A stretch of DNA of 39,191 nt, taken from positions 1 to 39,191 of the forward strand of contig JAGVXB010000029.1 of assembly GCA_018303995.1 (NCBI GenBank). Reading direction: 5' to 3'. A model generated the notes under the pieces. That model searched no databases, had not been told where the DNA came from, and saw only the letters and a list, made by a program, of their open reading frames with translations. The DNA is from Candidatus Pacearchaeota archaeon (lineage in GTDB: Archaea; Nanobdellota; Nanobdellia; Pacearchaeales; GW2011-AR1). This document shows, piece after piece, positions 7,971-16,705 of the stretch; position 1 is the first letter of the stretch, and the number at the start of each line of letters is the position of its first letter. The translations under genes and the position numbers were made by a program.

Positions 7971-9137
7971 TTAAATCTTCTTTTCAATCTTCGCAAGTCT
8001 CATAAGCTTAACCTCCCGCCATCTAGTTGCAACTCCACACTTAATATAATCTGCTCCAAAGCCGACGGCATAATCAGCAAGCCCAGAATCTAAAGTTTCT
8101 CCAGACCTATGCGAAAGAACTGTCTTAACACCATGCTTACGACATAAATCAAAAATCCTTTTCAATTCAAGAAGCGAGCCATTCTGATTAGGCTTGATAA
8201 TCATCGCATTTATCGACTTAGTTCGTATAGCTCCAACAACTCTATTATATTGAGTAGCCGTCAAATCATCTCCAACAATCAAACACTTTTTACCAAGGGC
8301 TTTCTGCAACTTTGAGAAGTTTTTAAAATCTCTCTCTTGAAAAGGGTCTTCAACATAACTCAAATCATAATTTAATATTAACTCGCTAACAAATTTAACC
8401 TGTTCAGATTGATTAAGTTTCTTATCCGTATAATTATATTTTCTATTTTTAAATAACGTAGAGGTAGCTGCATCAATTCCAATCTCAATATCTACTCTAA
8501 ACTTCTTCTCAGCAATAACCTTTGCTTTATTCAGAGCATCAAAAACTTCTTCATCTGTAGAAGAAACTAACCACGCCCCTTCATCATTGACTCCATGATT
8601 CTGCAAAATATTTTTAACACCATCATAAATATAATTCATTATCTTCAAATTATCTGAAAATCTTTTAGATTTAGGAATAACAAGAAACTCTTGAAAATTA
8701 GGATGTATTTTTATAGCAGAACTATGAAGCCCTCCGCCAACAACATTTCCAACAGGAAAAGGCATTCTCCTATTTGTTCCAATAATCTCAAATAATTCTT
8801 TTTTCTTCTCATGAGCAAGCGCCTTTAAAACTGCAGATTGAAAAGTGTAAAGAGAATTAGCCCCAAATTCGCGAGCATTCCCAAGTCCAAGTTTCTTACA
8901 AATAGCTTTCTCTAATTTAACTAAGTCATCAAACTTATTTATCTCAATTTTATCCCTAAAATTATTCAAAAAGCCGACACAAAAATTAAGAGATTTATAA
9001 TAAGATTTAGTTTCATACTCTCCAGTAGACTTTCCATTTGGCGATGAAGCTTCAGCACCTCCGTTAACACAAACGGCAATAGTATCCTGCCCGCGAGAAT
9101 CTTCAATGATTCTAGATCTAACCTCTTTAATTATCAT
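7971..9137 (-). CDS. eno: Enolase (phosphopyruvate hydratase)
   Basis: Motifs DSRG, GKSTGEYE, FQEF, NDEG, YVEDPF, IVGDDL, IKPNQNG and SHRSGET. Start set at ATG 9137. Confidence 0.96.
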   Translation of the reverse strand: MIIKEVRSRIIEDSRGQDTIAVCVNGGAEASSPNGKSTGEYETKSYYKSLNFCVGFLNNFRDKIEINKFDDLVKLEKAICKKLGLGNAREFGANSLYTFQSAVLKALAHEKKKELFEIIGTNRRMPFPVGNVVGGGLHSSAIKIHPNFQEFLVIPKSKRFSDNLKIMNYIYDGVKNILQNHGVNDEGAWLVSSTDEEVFDALNKAKVIAEKKFRVDIEIGIDAATSTLFKNRKYNYTDKKLNQSEQVKFVSELILNYDLSYVEDPFQERDFKNFSKLQKALGKKCLIVGDDLTATQYNRVVGAIRTKSINAMIIKPNQNGSLLELKRIFDLCRKHGVKTVLSHRSGETLDSGLADYAVGFGADYIKCGVATRWREVKLMRLAKIEKKI

Positions 9138-9199
9138 GAATAAATAAAGCATTAAACATATTTAAAGCATGTCTATCAAAGTATCTTTGGTTTTAAAAA

Positions 9200-9517
9200 A
9201 TGAGGCTTTTATTAGAGAGATTAGCAGATTATCAAAGTGTTCAAGACAGTGAGGCAGAAGCCAATCCGATAATATATGTTTTATCTCGCATGGATCGCGA
9301 CATAAATGCACTCAAACATTTAAAAAATGCAAAAATTAGTGAATATGATAGAAAAATATATTACGAAATATTAGGGATAGAGCTCGGAATTATAGGATTC
9401 CATCTTGACCGTATGAAACCATCAATAAAGACCGGACAATTACATGTTTTAGCAATATCTCAAAAATATGAATCCCTTTTAGGATTGTATAATGATATAT
9501 TCAGGGAAAGCGCTTAA
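9200..9517 (+). CDS. Hypothetical helical protein
   Basis: 105-aa ATG ORF; its stop shares TTAA with the convergent gene. Confidence 0.65.
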   Translation: MRLLLERLADYQSVQDSEAEANPIIYVLSRMDRDINALKHLKNAKISEYDRKIYYEILGIELGIIGFHLDRMKPSIKTGQLHVLAISQKYESLLGLYNDIFRESA

Positions 9518-9951
9518 CTTACTGTAGCTAATTCGGCAAAAACGTTCAAGGGAGAATCTTGTTCGCCCTCAAATGCCTTAGCAAAAATAATAAATTCAAG
9601 CGGTTTGACAACTTTTTTATGAGCTTCAATGGTATCATGAATCCCCCATTCCAAAGACGGAGGCATAAGAGGGGAATGAAGAACAAGTTGCCTTCCAACA
9701 CTAAATGCAATAACTCCATTACTCCCTAAATATCTTGAATAAATTGCATATCCAAATGAATTTAATCCTTTATTATATGCCTCTTTGAATTTATCTTGCA
9801 AAGGTGCATGAACTCCATTCATCAAGTAATCAGACAACGCAGGATGTGGGGATGTCAAATATTGATTAATATCGCAAAAAGTCTCTCCCTTAGAATCTCT
9901 CATTTCATCTATTGATTTAAGAGCATATTCTCTTTGACTTATCTTAACCAT
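9514..9951 (-). CDS. Hypothetical protein
   Basis: 145-aa ATG ORF with TTTTATAA upstream. Confidence 0.7.
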   Translation of the reverse strand: MVKISQREYALKSIDEMRDSKGETFCDINQYLTSPHPALSDYLMNGVHAPLQDKFKEAYNKGLNSFGYAIYSRYLGSNGVIAFSVGRQLVLHSPLMPPSLEWGIHDTIEAHKKVVKPLEFIIFAKAFEGEQDSPLNVFAELATVS

Positions 9952-9986
9952 TAAAACAATTTAAAGAATTTATTTTATAAAACTAA

Positions 9987-10373
9987 TTATTCCTCACTAC
10001 CAGCAGAATTATCTTCAATAATGGCTTCTTCATTATCATTTTCATTAACAAGACCCATTTCTTCAGCTTTCTCAGCTATTTCTTTCTCAACTTCTTTTTC
10101 TTTTTCTATAATCTTCTCATCATCCATAGACTCATCGCGAATAGGTTGCAACTTAGCGCCAGTCTTAGTTGGCATAGGTCTTCTAACAGAGATAGGCAAA
10201 ACACCAGAATAGAATTCTTTACTTGCAATTTTCAAAGCATCATAATGCATAACTTCTAGCTCTGCCTCTGTAATTTTAATCAAAAGAGGAGCATCCATAG
10301 AAATCTGCAAAGCACGAGCTCCTATAATTCTAGCAGTTTCAAACCGTGTAAATTCTTGTGTTGCTTCAGCCAT
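9987..10373 (-). CDS. rpoK: DNA-directed RNA polymerase subunit K (Rpo6) with acidic C-terminal tail
   Basis: TRFETARIIGARALQISMDAP and GVLPISVRRP. Confidence 0.96.
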   Translation of the reverse strand: MAEATQEFTRFETARIIGARALQISMDAPLLIKITEAELEVMHYDALKIASKEFYSGVLPISVRRPMPTKTGAKLQPIRDESMDDEKIIEKEKEVEKEIAEKAEEMGLVNENDNEEAIIEDNSAGSEE

Positions 10374-10374
10374 A

Positions 10375-11196
10375 TCATTTCAAAAACTTTTTAAGCTTTT
10401 TAAGTGTATCGTCATACACTTTTGGCAAGTGTTTCATCATCTCATCTACATTTTGACGAGTTATAGCAGTCTCTAAGCCTTTCTGGCAAGAATGTATCAT
10501 ATGTTCTTTACCTTTCCAATTAGAAATGCCCCATACAATCTTTCCATCACAAGCTTCTTCTTCTTCACGAGTAGGATCGATAATCAAAGACTCTCCAAGT
10601 TTGTAGAATGTAAATGAAAGAGGTATGGTATCTTCCAAAAGAGGCAATTTCTTTGTAGATTTAGATTCATGATCTATTTTACAATCTTTATCAAGTGCAG
10701 GTATATGTGTCTGTAATAAAGCAGCAATTGCTCCTATGCTCGCAGCGTCAATCAAAGCGCCATCATCATTTATTGGGTAAATATCAATAATCACAGTCCA
10801 AACTTTCTCGCCTTCAGTTATTACTAACTTTTTCAAATCAATAACGTGCGACTCACGAATCATTCTGTCAATCAATCTAGGTAACTCTATAGCTGCAAAT
10901 TTAGGCGGACCACTTTCAAAACGAGGCGAAGCCAAAGGTAGTAAATCTCCAGAAACCATTAAATTACCTTTATCCATAGAATCTGGATAGGGAGTTCCAA
11001 CTTCTAACTTAATTCCGACGACAACTTCAGTCTTTCCCATTCTAACGCGAGCACTTCCTTCAGCTTTATTAGACACGTTATATTCAACAGAAAAATCTCT
11101 TTGCTCAATTAACTTACGTCCATCAAATCTCTTACCTTCAGCAAACATTTTAGATAAAGTGTTATAAGTTAAACTAGAAAGTCCCATTGAGCTCAT
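10375..11196 (-). CDS. rrp42: Exosome complex component Rrp42
   Basis: GKRFDGR, KAEGSARVRMGKTEVVVGIK, PYPD, FESGPP and DPTREEE; follows rrp41. Confidence 0.95.
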   Translation of the reverse strand: MSSMGLSSLTYNTLSKMFAEGKRFDGRKLIEQRDFSVEYNVSNKAEGSARVRMGKTEVVVGIKLEVGTPYPDSMDKGNLMVSGDLLPLASPRFESGPPKFAAIELPRLIDRMIRESHVIDLKKLVITEGEKVWTVIIDIYPINDDGALIDAASIGAIAALLQTHIPALDKDCKIDHESKSTKKLPLLEDTIPLSFTFYKLGESLIIDPTREEEEACDGKIVWGISNWKGKEHMIHSCQKGLETAITRQNVDEMMKHLPKVYDDTLKKLKKFLK

Positions 11197-11284
11197 GTTT
11201 AATTTCCTCCCCCTAATGCGAATGTAGATGAGCTAGGGGAAATTGAACAGGCAAAAGTTTCAACTTGTTTCAACAAAAACTTTT
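11196..11284 (-). promoter_or_regulatory. Two stem-loops in the rrp41-rrp42 spacer; the downstream one covers the SD (GGAGG) and the A of the rrp42 start codon
   Basis: mRNA UGUUCAAUUUCC pairs with GGAAAUUAAACA (11/12) plus CCUAG/UUAGG. The second stem is AAAAGUUU/AAACUUUU (11253-11284). Confidence 0.6.
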
Positions 11285-11992
11285 TCATTTTTCATCTCCT
11301 TCAGCAACATTTTTCAATGCCTTTTTCTGAACTTCATATATTTTAGCACATGCTTTATCAGCAAGAGCAAGAGCTTGAGGAATTAAATTTGGCTGTATTT
11401 TTCCATCTAATTGTAATAAAGTATATTCATCGGTATTGGCCAATTTTGCAGTTGCAAAGTCAGTTGCTCCCTCCCCCTCTTCAAAATGCTCTTCAGTATC
11501 ATTAACATCAATAACTAAATCCTTATCAAGCTTTCCAACACTAACACCACATACTAAATTTTTCATAGGAATTCCAGCTTGTGCAAGAGCCATAGATGCA
11601 GCATTTATTCCAGCAACGCGTGTGCTAGCATTAGCTTGCAAAATGTAAATCTGTACATCAACAACGGTATTAGGAAATTCTTTTAAATCTAAAGCAGGAG
11701 ACAAAGCCCATTCAGTTACTTTAGATATCTCTTGACTTCTTCTCGAAGGTCCCGGTTTTTTTCTATCTAATACTGAGAAACTAAGCAAATCATAATTCAC
11801 TCGAAGCACTGCACCCTTGGGGTCTTGCATATGTTGCGGGTGTAGCATTCTAGGTCCATAAACAGCAGCAATAGCAACTGTATTTCCAAATGTAAACATA
11901 GCACTTCCATCAGCATTAGGAATAATCCCAACTTTAGCAGTAATAGGGCGCATTTCATCTGCTTTTCTACCGTCTAATCTTTTTACTACCAT
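11285..11992 (-). CDS. rrp41: Exosome complex exonuclease Rrp41
   Basis: RLDGRKADEMRPI, NADGSA, AAVYGPR, PGPSRRSQEIS, AGIPM and LLQLDG. Confidence 0.96.
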   Translation of the reverse strand: MVVKRLDGRKADEMRPITAKVGIIPNADGSAMFTFGNTVAIAAVYGPRMLHPQHMQDPKGAVLRVNYDLLSFSVLDRKKPGPSRRSQEISKVTEWALSPALDLKEFPNTVVDVQIYILQANASTRVAGINAASMALAQAGIPMKNLVCGVSVGKLDKDLVIDVNDTEEHFEEGEGATDFATAKLANTDEYTLLQLDGKIQPNLIPQALALADKACAKIYEVQKKALKNVAEGDEK

Positions 11993-12705
11993 TATTTATT
12001 CTCCCCAAACCATTTTTCAGTTTTTTCAGTTAATCCAGTTACTAAAACTTTGTCTGCAATAAATTCAATAGCCTTCCTAGCTTTTAATTCAGAATCTAAA
12101 CTATTTCCCTTAACCCAAATCCACCCATTCTGACCAATAGTTATATTGCAACCAGTATTTACTTTTATTAAATTAATCATACTTCCCTCGCGACCAATAA
12201 TTCTAGGCACGCGACTCGGGTTTACCCTAAATATAAATCCGCCCTCTAATTTTCCTAAACCCTTTCCTTTCATAGCCAAATCAATTCCCTTAGGGCTTAC
12301 ACTCCAGACCTTAGCAGCAACTACGTCGCCTATGGCCAAGAACTGGTCCATCTCGCCCTTATTAACAAATCTAGGGCTTTCCATTAAAGGTAAAAATCCA
12401 TTCTGAGCATAATCAATATCAACTATCCAACCACTATGAACTATATCAGATACGCGCCCAATGATAACATTATTTCTTCTAGGAATAAATGCTCCAGAAA
12501 AAGGAATTATCTTAATAACTCTACCAACTTTTTCAGCTAATCCATAACGAGAAGCAACAATATCTTTTCCTTCGCGTCTAGCTCCCTCCCCAGGTAAGAA
12601 ATCTTCTTCAGATGAAACAACTTCTCCAGGAACAACAATTACGCGACTCTGAGGTTCAGAACCAAAATCTTCATATTCTCCTTCGTTTTTATCAAATTCT
12701 TTCAT
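11992..12705 (-). CDS. rrp4: Exosome complex RNA-binding protein Rrp4
   Basis: IVVPGE, an S1 domain, KH-like VPRIIGREGSMI and IGQNGWIW. Start set at ATG 12705. Confidence 0.95.
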   Translation of the reverse strand: MKEFDKNEGEYEDFGSEPQSRVIVVPGEVVSSEEDFLPGEGARREGKDIVASRYGLAEKVGRVIKIIPFSGAFIPRRNNVIIGRVSDIVHSGWIVDIDYAQNGFLPLMESPRFVNKGEMDQFLAIGDVVAAKVWSVSPKGIDLAMKGKGLGKLEGGFIFRVNPSRVPRIIGREGSMINLIKVNTGCNITIGQNGWIWVKGNSLDSELKARKAIEFIADKVLVTGLTEKTEKWFGENK

Positions 12706-12846
12706 GTAATGTAACCAAGACAAAGGATAATCGTAATAATTCCTTTGAATCTTTGTATTTTCAATCTTTTATAAAATTCAGGCTTTTTAAAGATTGCGGT
12801 TCAATTTTTTCAAATATTAAAAGAAAAAAGTATGCGAATAGTAAAA

Positions 12847-12875
12847 TATATAAACACCCACACATATGTGTGGGT
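12847..12875 (+). promoter_or_regulatory. vapBC promoter: TATA box plus perfect 20-bp palindromic operator
   Basis: TATATAAA at 12847-12854, then ACCCACACAT|ATGTGTGGGT at 12856-12875, ending at the base before the antitoxin ATG. Confidence 0.85.
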
Positions 12876-13124
12876 ATGGCGACAAAGAACATATCTCTCT
12901 CAGAAGATGCTTATCAAATACTTTCTAGTCTGCGTCAAAGTGAAAAAGAAAGTTTTTCAGAGGTAGTTAGACGAATGAAAAAAAAAGTAAAATTAAGCGA
13001 TTTTCATGGAATTCTATCAAAAGAATCTGCGAACCAACTTGAGGAGAATATGGAGAAAATAAGAGAAATAAATAGAAGACAACATAAAGAAAGAATCAAA
13101 AAATTAAAAGAGATGTTCAAATAA
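12876..13124 (+). CDS. vapB: VapB-family antitoxin (archaeal DUF217 type)
   Basis: MATKNISLSEDAYQILSSLR..ESFSEVVRR..LSDFHGILS. True start is ATG 12876, not 12612; the stop overlaps the vapC ATG. Confidence 0.9.
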   Translation: MATKNISLSEDAYQILSSLRQSEKESFSEVVRRMKKKVKLSDFHGILSKESANQLEENMEKIREINRRQHKERIKKLKEMFK

Positions 13125-13531
13125 TGGTTTGCCTAGATAGTTGTTTTATAATAGATATAATTAAAGGCTTAAAAGAAGCAGTTAAACTCGAGCAGGAGAT
13201 AGATAATTCTAGCGAAGATGTTACAATTACTACACCAGTAATAACTGAAATAATTGTCGGATTACATTTAACTCGGACAAAAAAATATTCTTCACAAGAA
13301 GAAAAAGATAAAGTAATGAATCTAATTAATTCTTTACATGTTCTAGAGTTAGATAAAGAGTCGGCTATTCTTGCAGGAGAGATTCAAGCCGAATTGGAAA
13401 ATAAAGGAGAAATAATAGATATAGAAGATATAATGATTGGAGCAATAGCAAAGCACAACAATGAAACATTAATCACAAGAAATAAAAAACATTTTGAAAA
13501 GATTTCAGGACTTAAAATTCTTAGTTACTAA
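13124..13531 (+). CDS. vapC: VapC PIN-domain toxin
   Basis: CLDSCFIID, ITEI, DIMIGAIA and LITRNKKHFEKISGL. Confidence 0.93.
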   Translation: MVCLDSCFIIDIIKGLKEAVKLEQEIDNSSEDVTITTPVITEIIVGLHLTRTKKYSSQEEKDKVMNLINSLHVLELDKESAILAGEIQAELENKGEIIDIEDIMIGAIAKHNNETLITRNKKHFEKISGLKILSY

Positions 13532-13561
13532 ACAGCAAAAAATAATTTAAATTAAAATTAT

Positions 13562-14467
13562 TCACTGAGGTGCCGATAACATATCGCCTTCTAAACTAAC
13601 CTGGTTGTTATAACTTAGTGTCCATCTTCCAGCACTATAATTTCCTACCCAGAATATTCCAACGTCATCATTTCTATTAGCATCATATAATCTTAATGTT
13701 ATATCTCCACTAGTTGTCGAGTAAGGAACGTAATTTCCTACACCAATATAATGAACTCCAGGAGTGCCTGCCGAATATAAGTCTCCAGCTAATGTATAAT
13801 CTGTGCTGTTATACATTCCCTGTAAAGTTATATCATAACCATCTGTAGCCATCGAGAAGTTTCCATTTCCTTGTATTGATGGATTAACCATTATATTATA
13901 CTCAGCAGACTCAAGAGCTTGAGTATCTACATTAGTTATTAATTTAACTTTATTATTCCCACCAAACCACAAGTATGGATGAGGTGTTTCTATAGTTACA
14001 TTGTAAACTATATGTCCTGGACCATTGCCTTGGTGATATCCATAACCATATCCATATCCTGCATAGCTTCCAGCAGATCCATTAGATTGGAAAGTATTGT
14101 ATCCATAACCATATCCATAAGGGCTTGAATATCCTACGAGAGTCATAGTAACTCCGTTACAAGCAGTTAATTTCCATCCCCACATATCAATTGTACAAAC
14201 AGTCTCACCGTTTACTACAACGCTCACATTTCTTACATTAACAATTTCGTTAGTCTGTATTTCAACATCGCCTAGAAAAGAAATTGTCTCGCCAGCCGTG
14301 TAGGCGTTCGTCTTCAAACCTGATAATGATAATTGAAATGCTTGTACTGGACCAAGGAAAATAAGCAGTCCAATAACAACTGCAGTAAGGGCAATACTAA
14401 AAATCTTATTCGTTTTCCCACTTTTATTATTTTTTATGTTCACAGTATGATTGCTCAATTTTTGCAT
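13562..14467 (-). CDS. Secreted/surface protein with GYGYGY repeats (S-layer-like); paralog of 23045-23746
   Basis: Signal-peptide-like region ending GPVQA, a Cys pair, two GYGYGY tracts and multiple N-x-S/T sequons. Confidence 0.8.
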   Translation of the reverse strand: MQKLSNHTVNIKNNKSGKTNKIFSIALTAVVIGLLIFLGPVQAFQLSLSGLKTNAYTAGETISFLGDVEIQTNEIVNVRNVSVVVNGETVCTIDMWGWKLTACNGVTMTLVGYSSPYGYGYGYNTFQSNGSAGSYAGYGYGYGYHQGNGPGHIVYNVTIETPHPYLWFGGNNKVKLITNVDTQALESAEYNIMVNPSIQGNGNFSMATDGYDITLQGMYNSTDYTLAGDLYSAGTPGVHYIGVGNYVPYSTTSGDITLRLYDANRNDDVGIFWVGNYSAGRWTLSYNNQVSLEGDMLSAPQ

Positions 14468-14597
14468 ATTAATCTCTGTAACTTTCTATATATAAAGATA
14501 TAGGGTAAAAAATGTTATAATTCGGCAGACGTGTTGTCTATTTACGACTTAATCTGCGATAAGTAATGTTTATAATACTGTGTTTTCCAAAACAATA

Positions 14598-15554
14598 ATG
14601 GTAGGCTTAAAATTAATTGTTCAAATTCCTGCTTACAACGAAGAAAAGTCTATAGCAAATGTTATCCGTGAAATCCCTAGAAAAATCAAAGGTATTGACA
14701 AAGTAGAAGTTCTAGTAATTGATGATGGCAGTAAAGACAACACATCAAAAGCGGCAAAAGACGCCGGAGCGGACCATGTTATTAGAAATACAAAGAACCA
14801 TGGCTTAGCATACACTTTTCAAAAAGGATTAAACTTTGCACTTAAGTTAGGAGCAGACATCATAGTTAACACAGATGCGGATTTCCAATATGATCAAAAA
14901 GAAATTCCGCAACTCCTCAAACCAATTCTAGATCAAAAAGCAGATATAGTTTCAGGAAATAGAAAAGTTGAAACTCTAACTCACATGATTGGAGCAAAGA
15001 AGTACGGCAACATCCTAGGAAGTAAAGTAGTCAAAATATCAGCAGGATATGATATAATAGACGCATCTAGCGGTTTCAGAGCATACAGTCGAGAAGCAGC
15101 ATTACAACTATTTGTTATTTCAAAGCACACATACACTCACGAAACTCTTATCCAAGCAGGTCATAAAAATCTCAAAGTCATCGAAGTCCCAGTAACCTTC
15201 AGAAAACGTGAAGGGCATTCAAAACTAATCAAATCAGTAAGCAGCCACATAAAGAAAAGCTTAGCAACAATAGTCAGAAACACATTAATGTATAATTCAT
15301 TAAAGTTCTTCTCCTACACAGGATTTATACTAATCATCTTAGGTCTTATCCCATTTATCAGATGGTTCTACCTTTCATATATAGTATACACCGCAGGAAA
15401 TCATATTCAATCTCTTTTAGTGGGTGTAATGTTAATGGTCTTCGGAGGCATGTCGATCCTTATAGGTCTTATTTCAGATATCTTGGCCATAAATAGAAAA
15501 CATTTAGAGGAAATCCTTTATCACATAAAGAAGTTGGATTTTGAGAAGAGATGA
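14598..15554 (+). CDS. Family 2 glycosyltransferase (DPM1/AglJ-like) with C-terminal TM helices
   Basis: IPAYNEE, VIDDGSKDNT, TDADFQY and DASSGFRAYSR. Start set at ATG 14598. Confidence 0.93.
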   Translation: MVGLKLIVQIPAYNEEKSIANVIREIPRKIKGIDKVEVLVIDDGSKDNTSKAAKDAGADHVIRNTKNHGLAYTFQKGLNFALKLGADIIVNTDADFQYDQKEIPQLLKPILDQKADIVSGNRKVETLTHMIGAKKYGNILGSKVVKISAGYDIIDASSGFRAYSREAALQLFVISKHTYTHETLIQAGHKNLKVIEVPVTFRKREGHSKLIKSVSSHIKKSLATIVRNTLMYNSLKFFSYTGFILIILGLIPFIRWFYLSYIVYTAGNHIQSLLVGVMLMVFGGMSILIGLISDILAINRKHLEEILYHIKKLDFEKR

Positions 15555-16705
15555 AAAGAGTTTTCATAGTAAAAAATGCGCCATTAGGGGAGTCTCAGCC
15601 TCTATCAGTAGATATAACCAGCCTGCTAAAAAATTTTAAGAAAGAAAAAAATATAGAATTAAATCTAATTATCTCTAAATCTCCAAACATTCCTCAAGAA
15701 ATCAGTTCATTATGTAATAAGATCTATCAAATTAAATCGAGCACCTATTCCATTAAAGATAACTTAAAATTTAGTTTCAAAGTATTTAATATATTGCTAA
15801 AAGAGAATAGAATAAAAAGAATTGGCCTTTTGCAAGCTATTTATCCTAACTCCTCATTGTTTGGATGCGTTTTATTTAAGCTTCTTCATCCAAGTATAAA
15901 AATTATCTATGAAGTAAGAAGCCCGTGGATAGATATGTCTGTTTCTCAAGGATATATTTCTGAAAATATGCAGAAATTATATTTACTTATCTTATATAAT
16001 CAAGAAAGAATTCTTTGTGATTTTGTTAATCACTTTATTTTTATTTCTAAAGGGCTAAGAGATTACTATTTTTCTGAATTTGGGATTGGAGATGCATCTT
16101 ACACAATTATTCCATCAGGTGTAGATACGAATCTCTTCAAAAAAGTAGAATCAAATGTCAGGAAGAAATATGGACTAAAAAATTCAGACCTGCTTTTAGG
16201 ATACGTAGGCAGCATTGAAAAAAAACGCCAACTTCAAGATTTTCTAAATTTATTTGCTAACATATCAAAAACAAACAAAAAGATTAAACTTATATTGGTG
16301 GGGGAGGGGAATAGTAAGGAAGACCTAAAAAATATGGTAGAGGCTATGAAAATATCAAATAAAGTTGTTTTTACTGGAAAAGTCTTACATTCAGAAGTTC
16401 CTAAATATATTTCGTCTTTTGATATTGGTGTTTGTCATTTACCAGATATTTTTGTATATCGAAACAGTTTTCCACTAAAAATACTTGAATATCTAGCATG
16501 TGGAGTCCCAGTGATTTCCTCAAATATTAAGGCTCACAAAGATATAGCAAGAGATCTTGATGGAGTTTATATCTACTCAGACAAAGAATCTTTAAAGAAG
16601 ATTCTCAACAAAAAAATGATTAAGATGAGTAAGCAGATTAACAAATATTCGTGGTCAAATTTAGCTAATTTGTACAAGGAGATATACAAAACAAATGAAG
16701 TCTAA
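15551..16705 (+). CDS. Family 4 glycosyltransferase
   Basis: IIPSGVD, GYVGSI, LVGEG, FTGKV and FPLKILEYLACGVPVISS. Confidence 0.92.
   Translation: MKRVFIVKNAPLGESQPLSVDITSLLKNFKKEKNIELNLIISKSPNIPQEISSLCNKIYQIKSSTYSIKDNLKFSFKVFNILLKENRIKRIGLLQAIYPNSSLFGCVLFKLLHPSIKIIYEVRSPWIDMSVSQGYISENMQKLYLLILYNQERILCDFVNHFIFISKGLRDYYFSEFGIGDASYTIIPSGVDTNLFKKVESNVRKKYGLKNSDLLLGYVGSIEKKRQLQDFLNLFANISKTNKKIKLILVGEGNSKEDLKNMVEAMKISNKVVFTGKVLHSEVPKYISSFDIGVCHLPDIFVYRNSFPLKILEYLACGVPVISSNIKAHKDIARDLDGVYIYSDKESLKKILNKKMIKMSKQINKYSWSNLANLYKEIYKTNEV

Noticed and set aside
12612-12875. N-terminal 88 codons of the 170-aa ORF
   Set aside because: Overlaps rrp4 and the promoter/operator; antitoxin similarity begins at ATG 12876.
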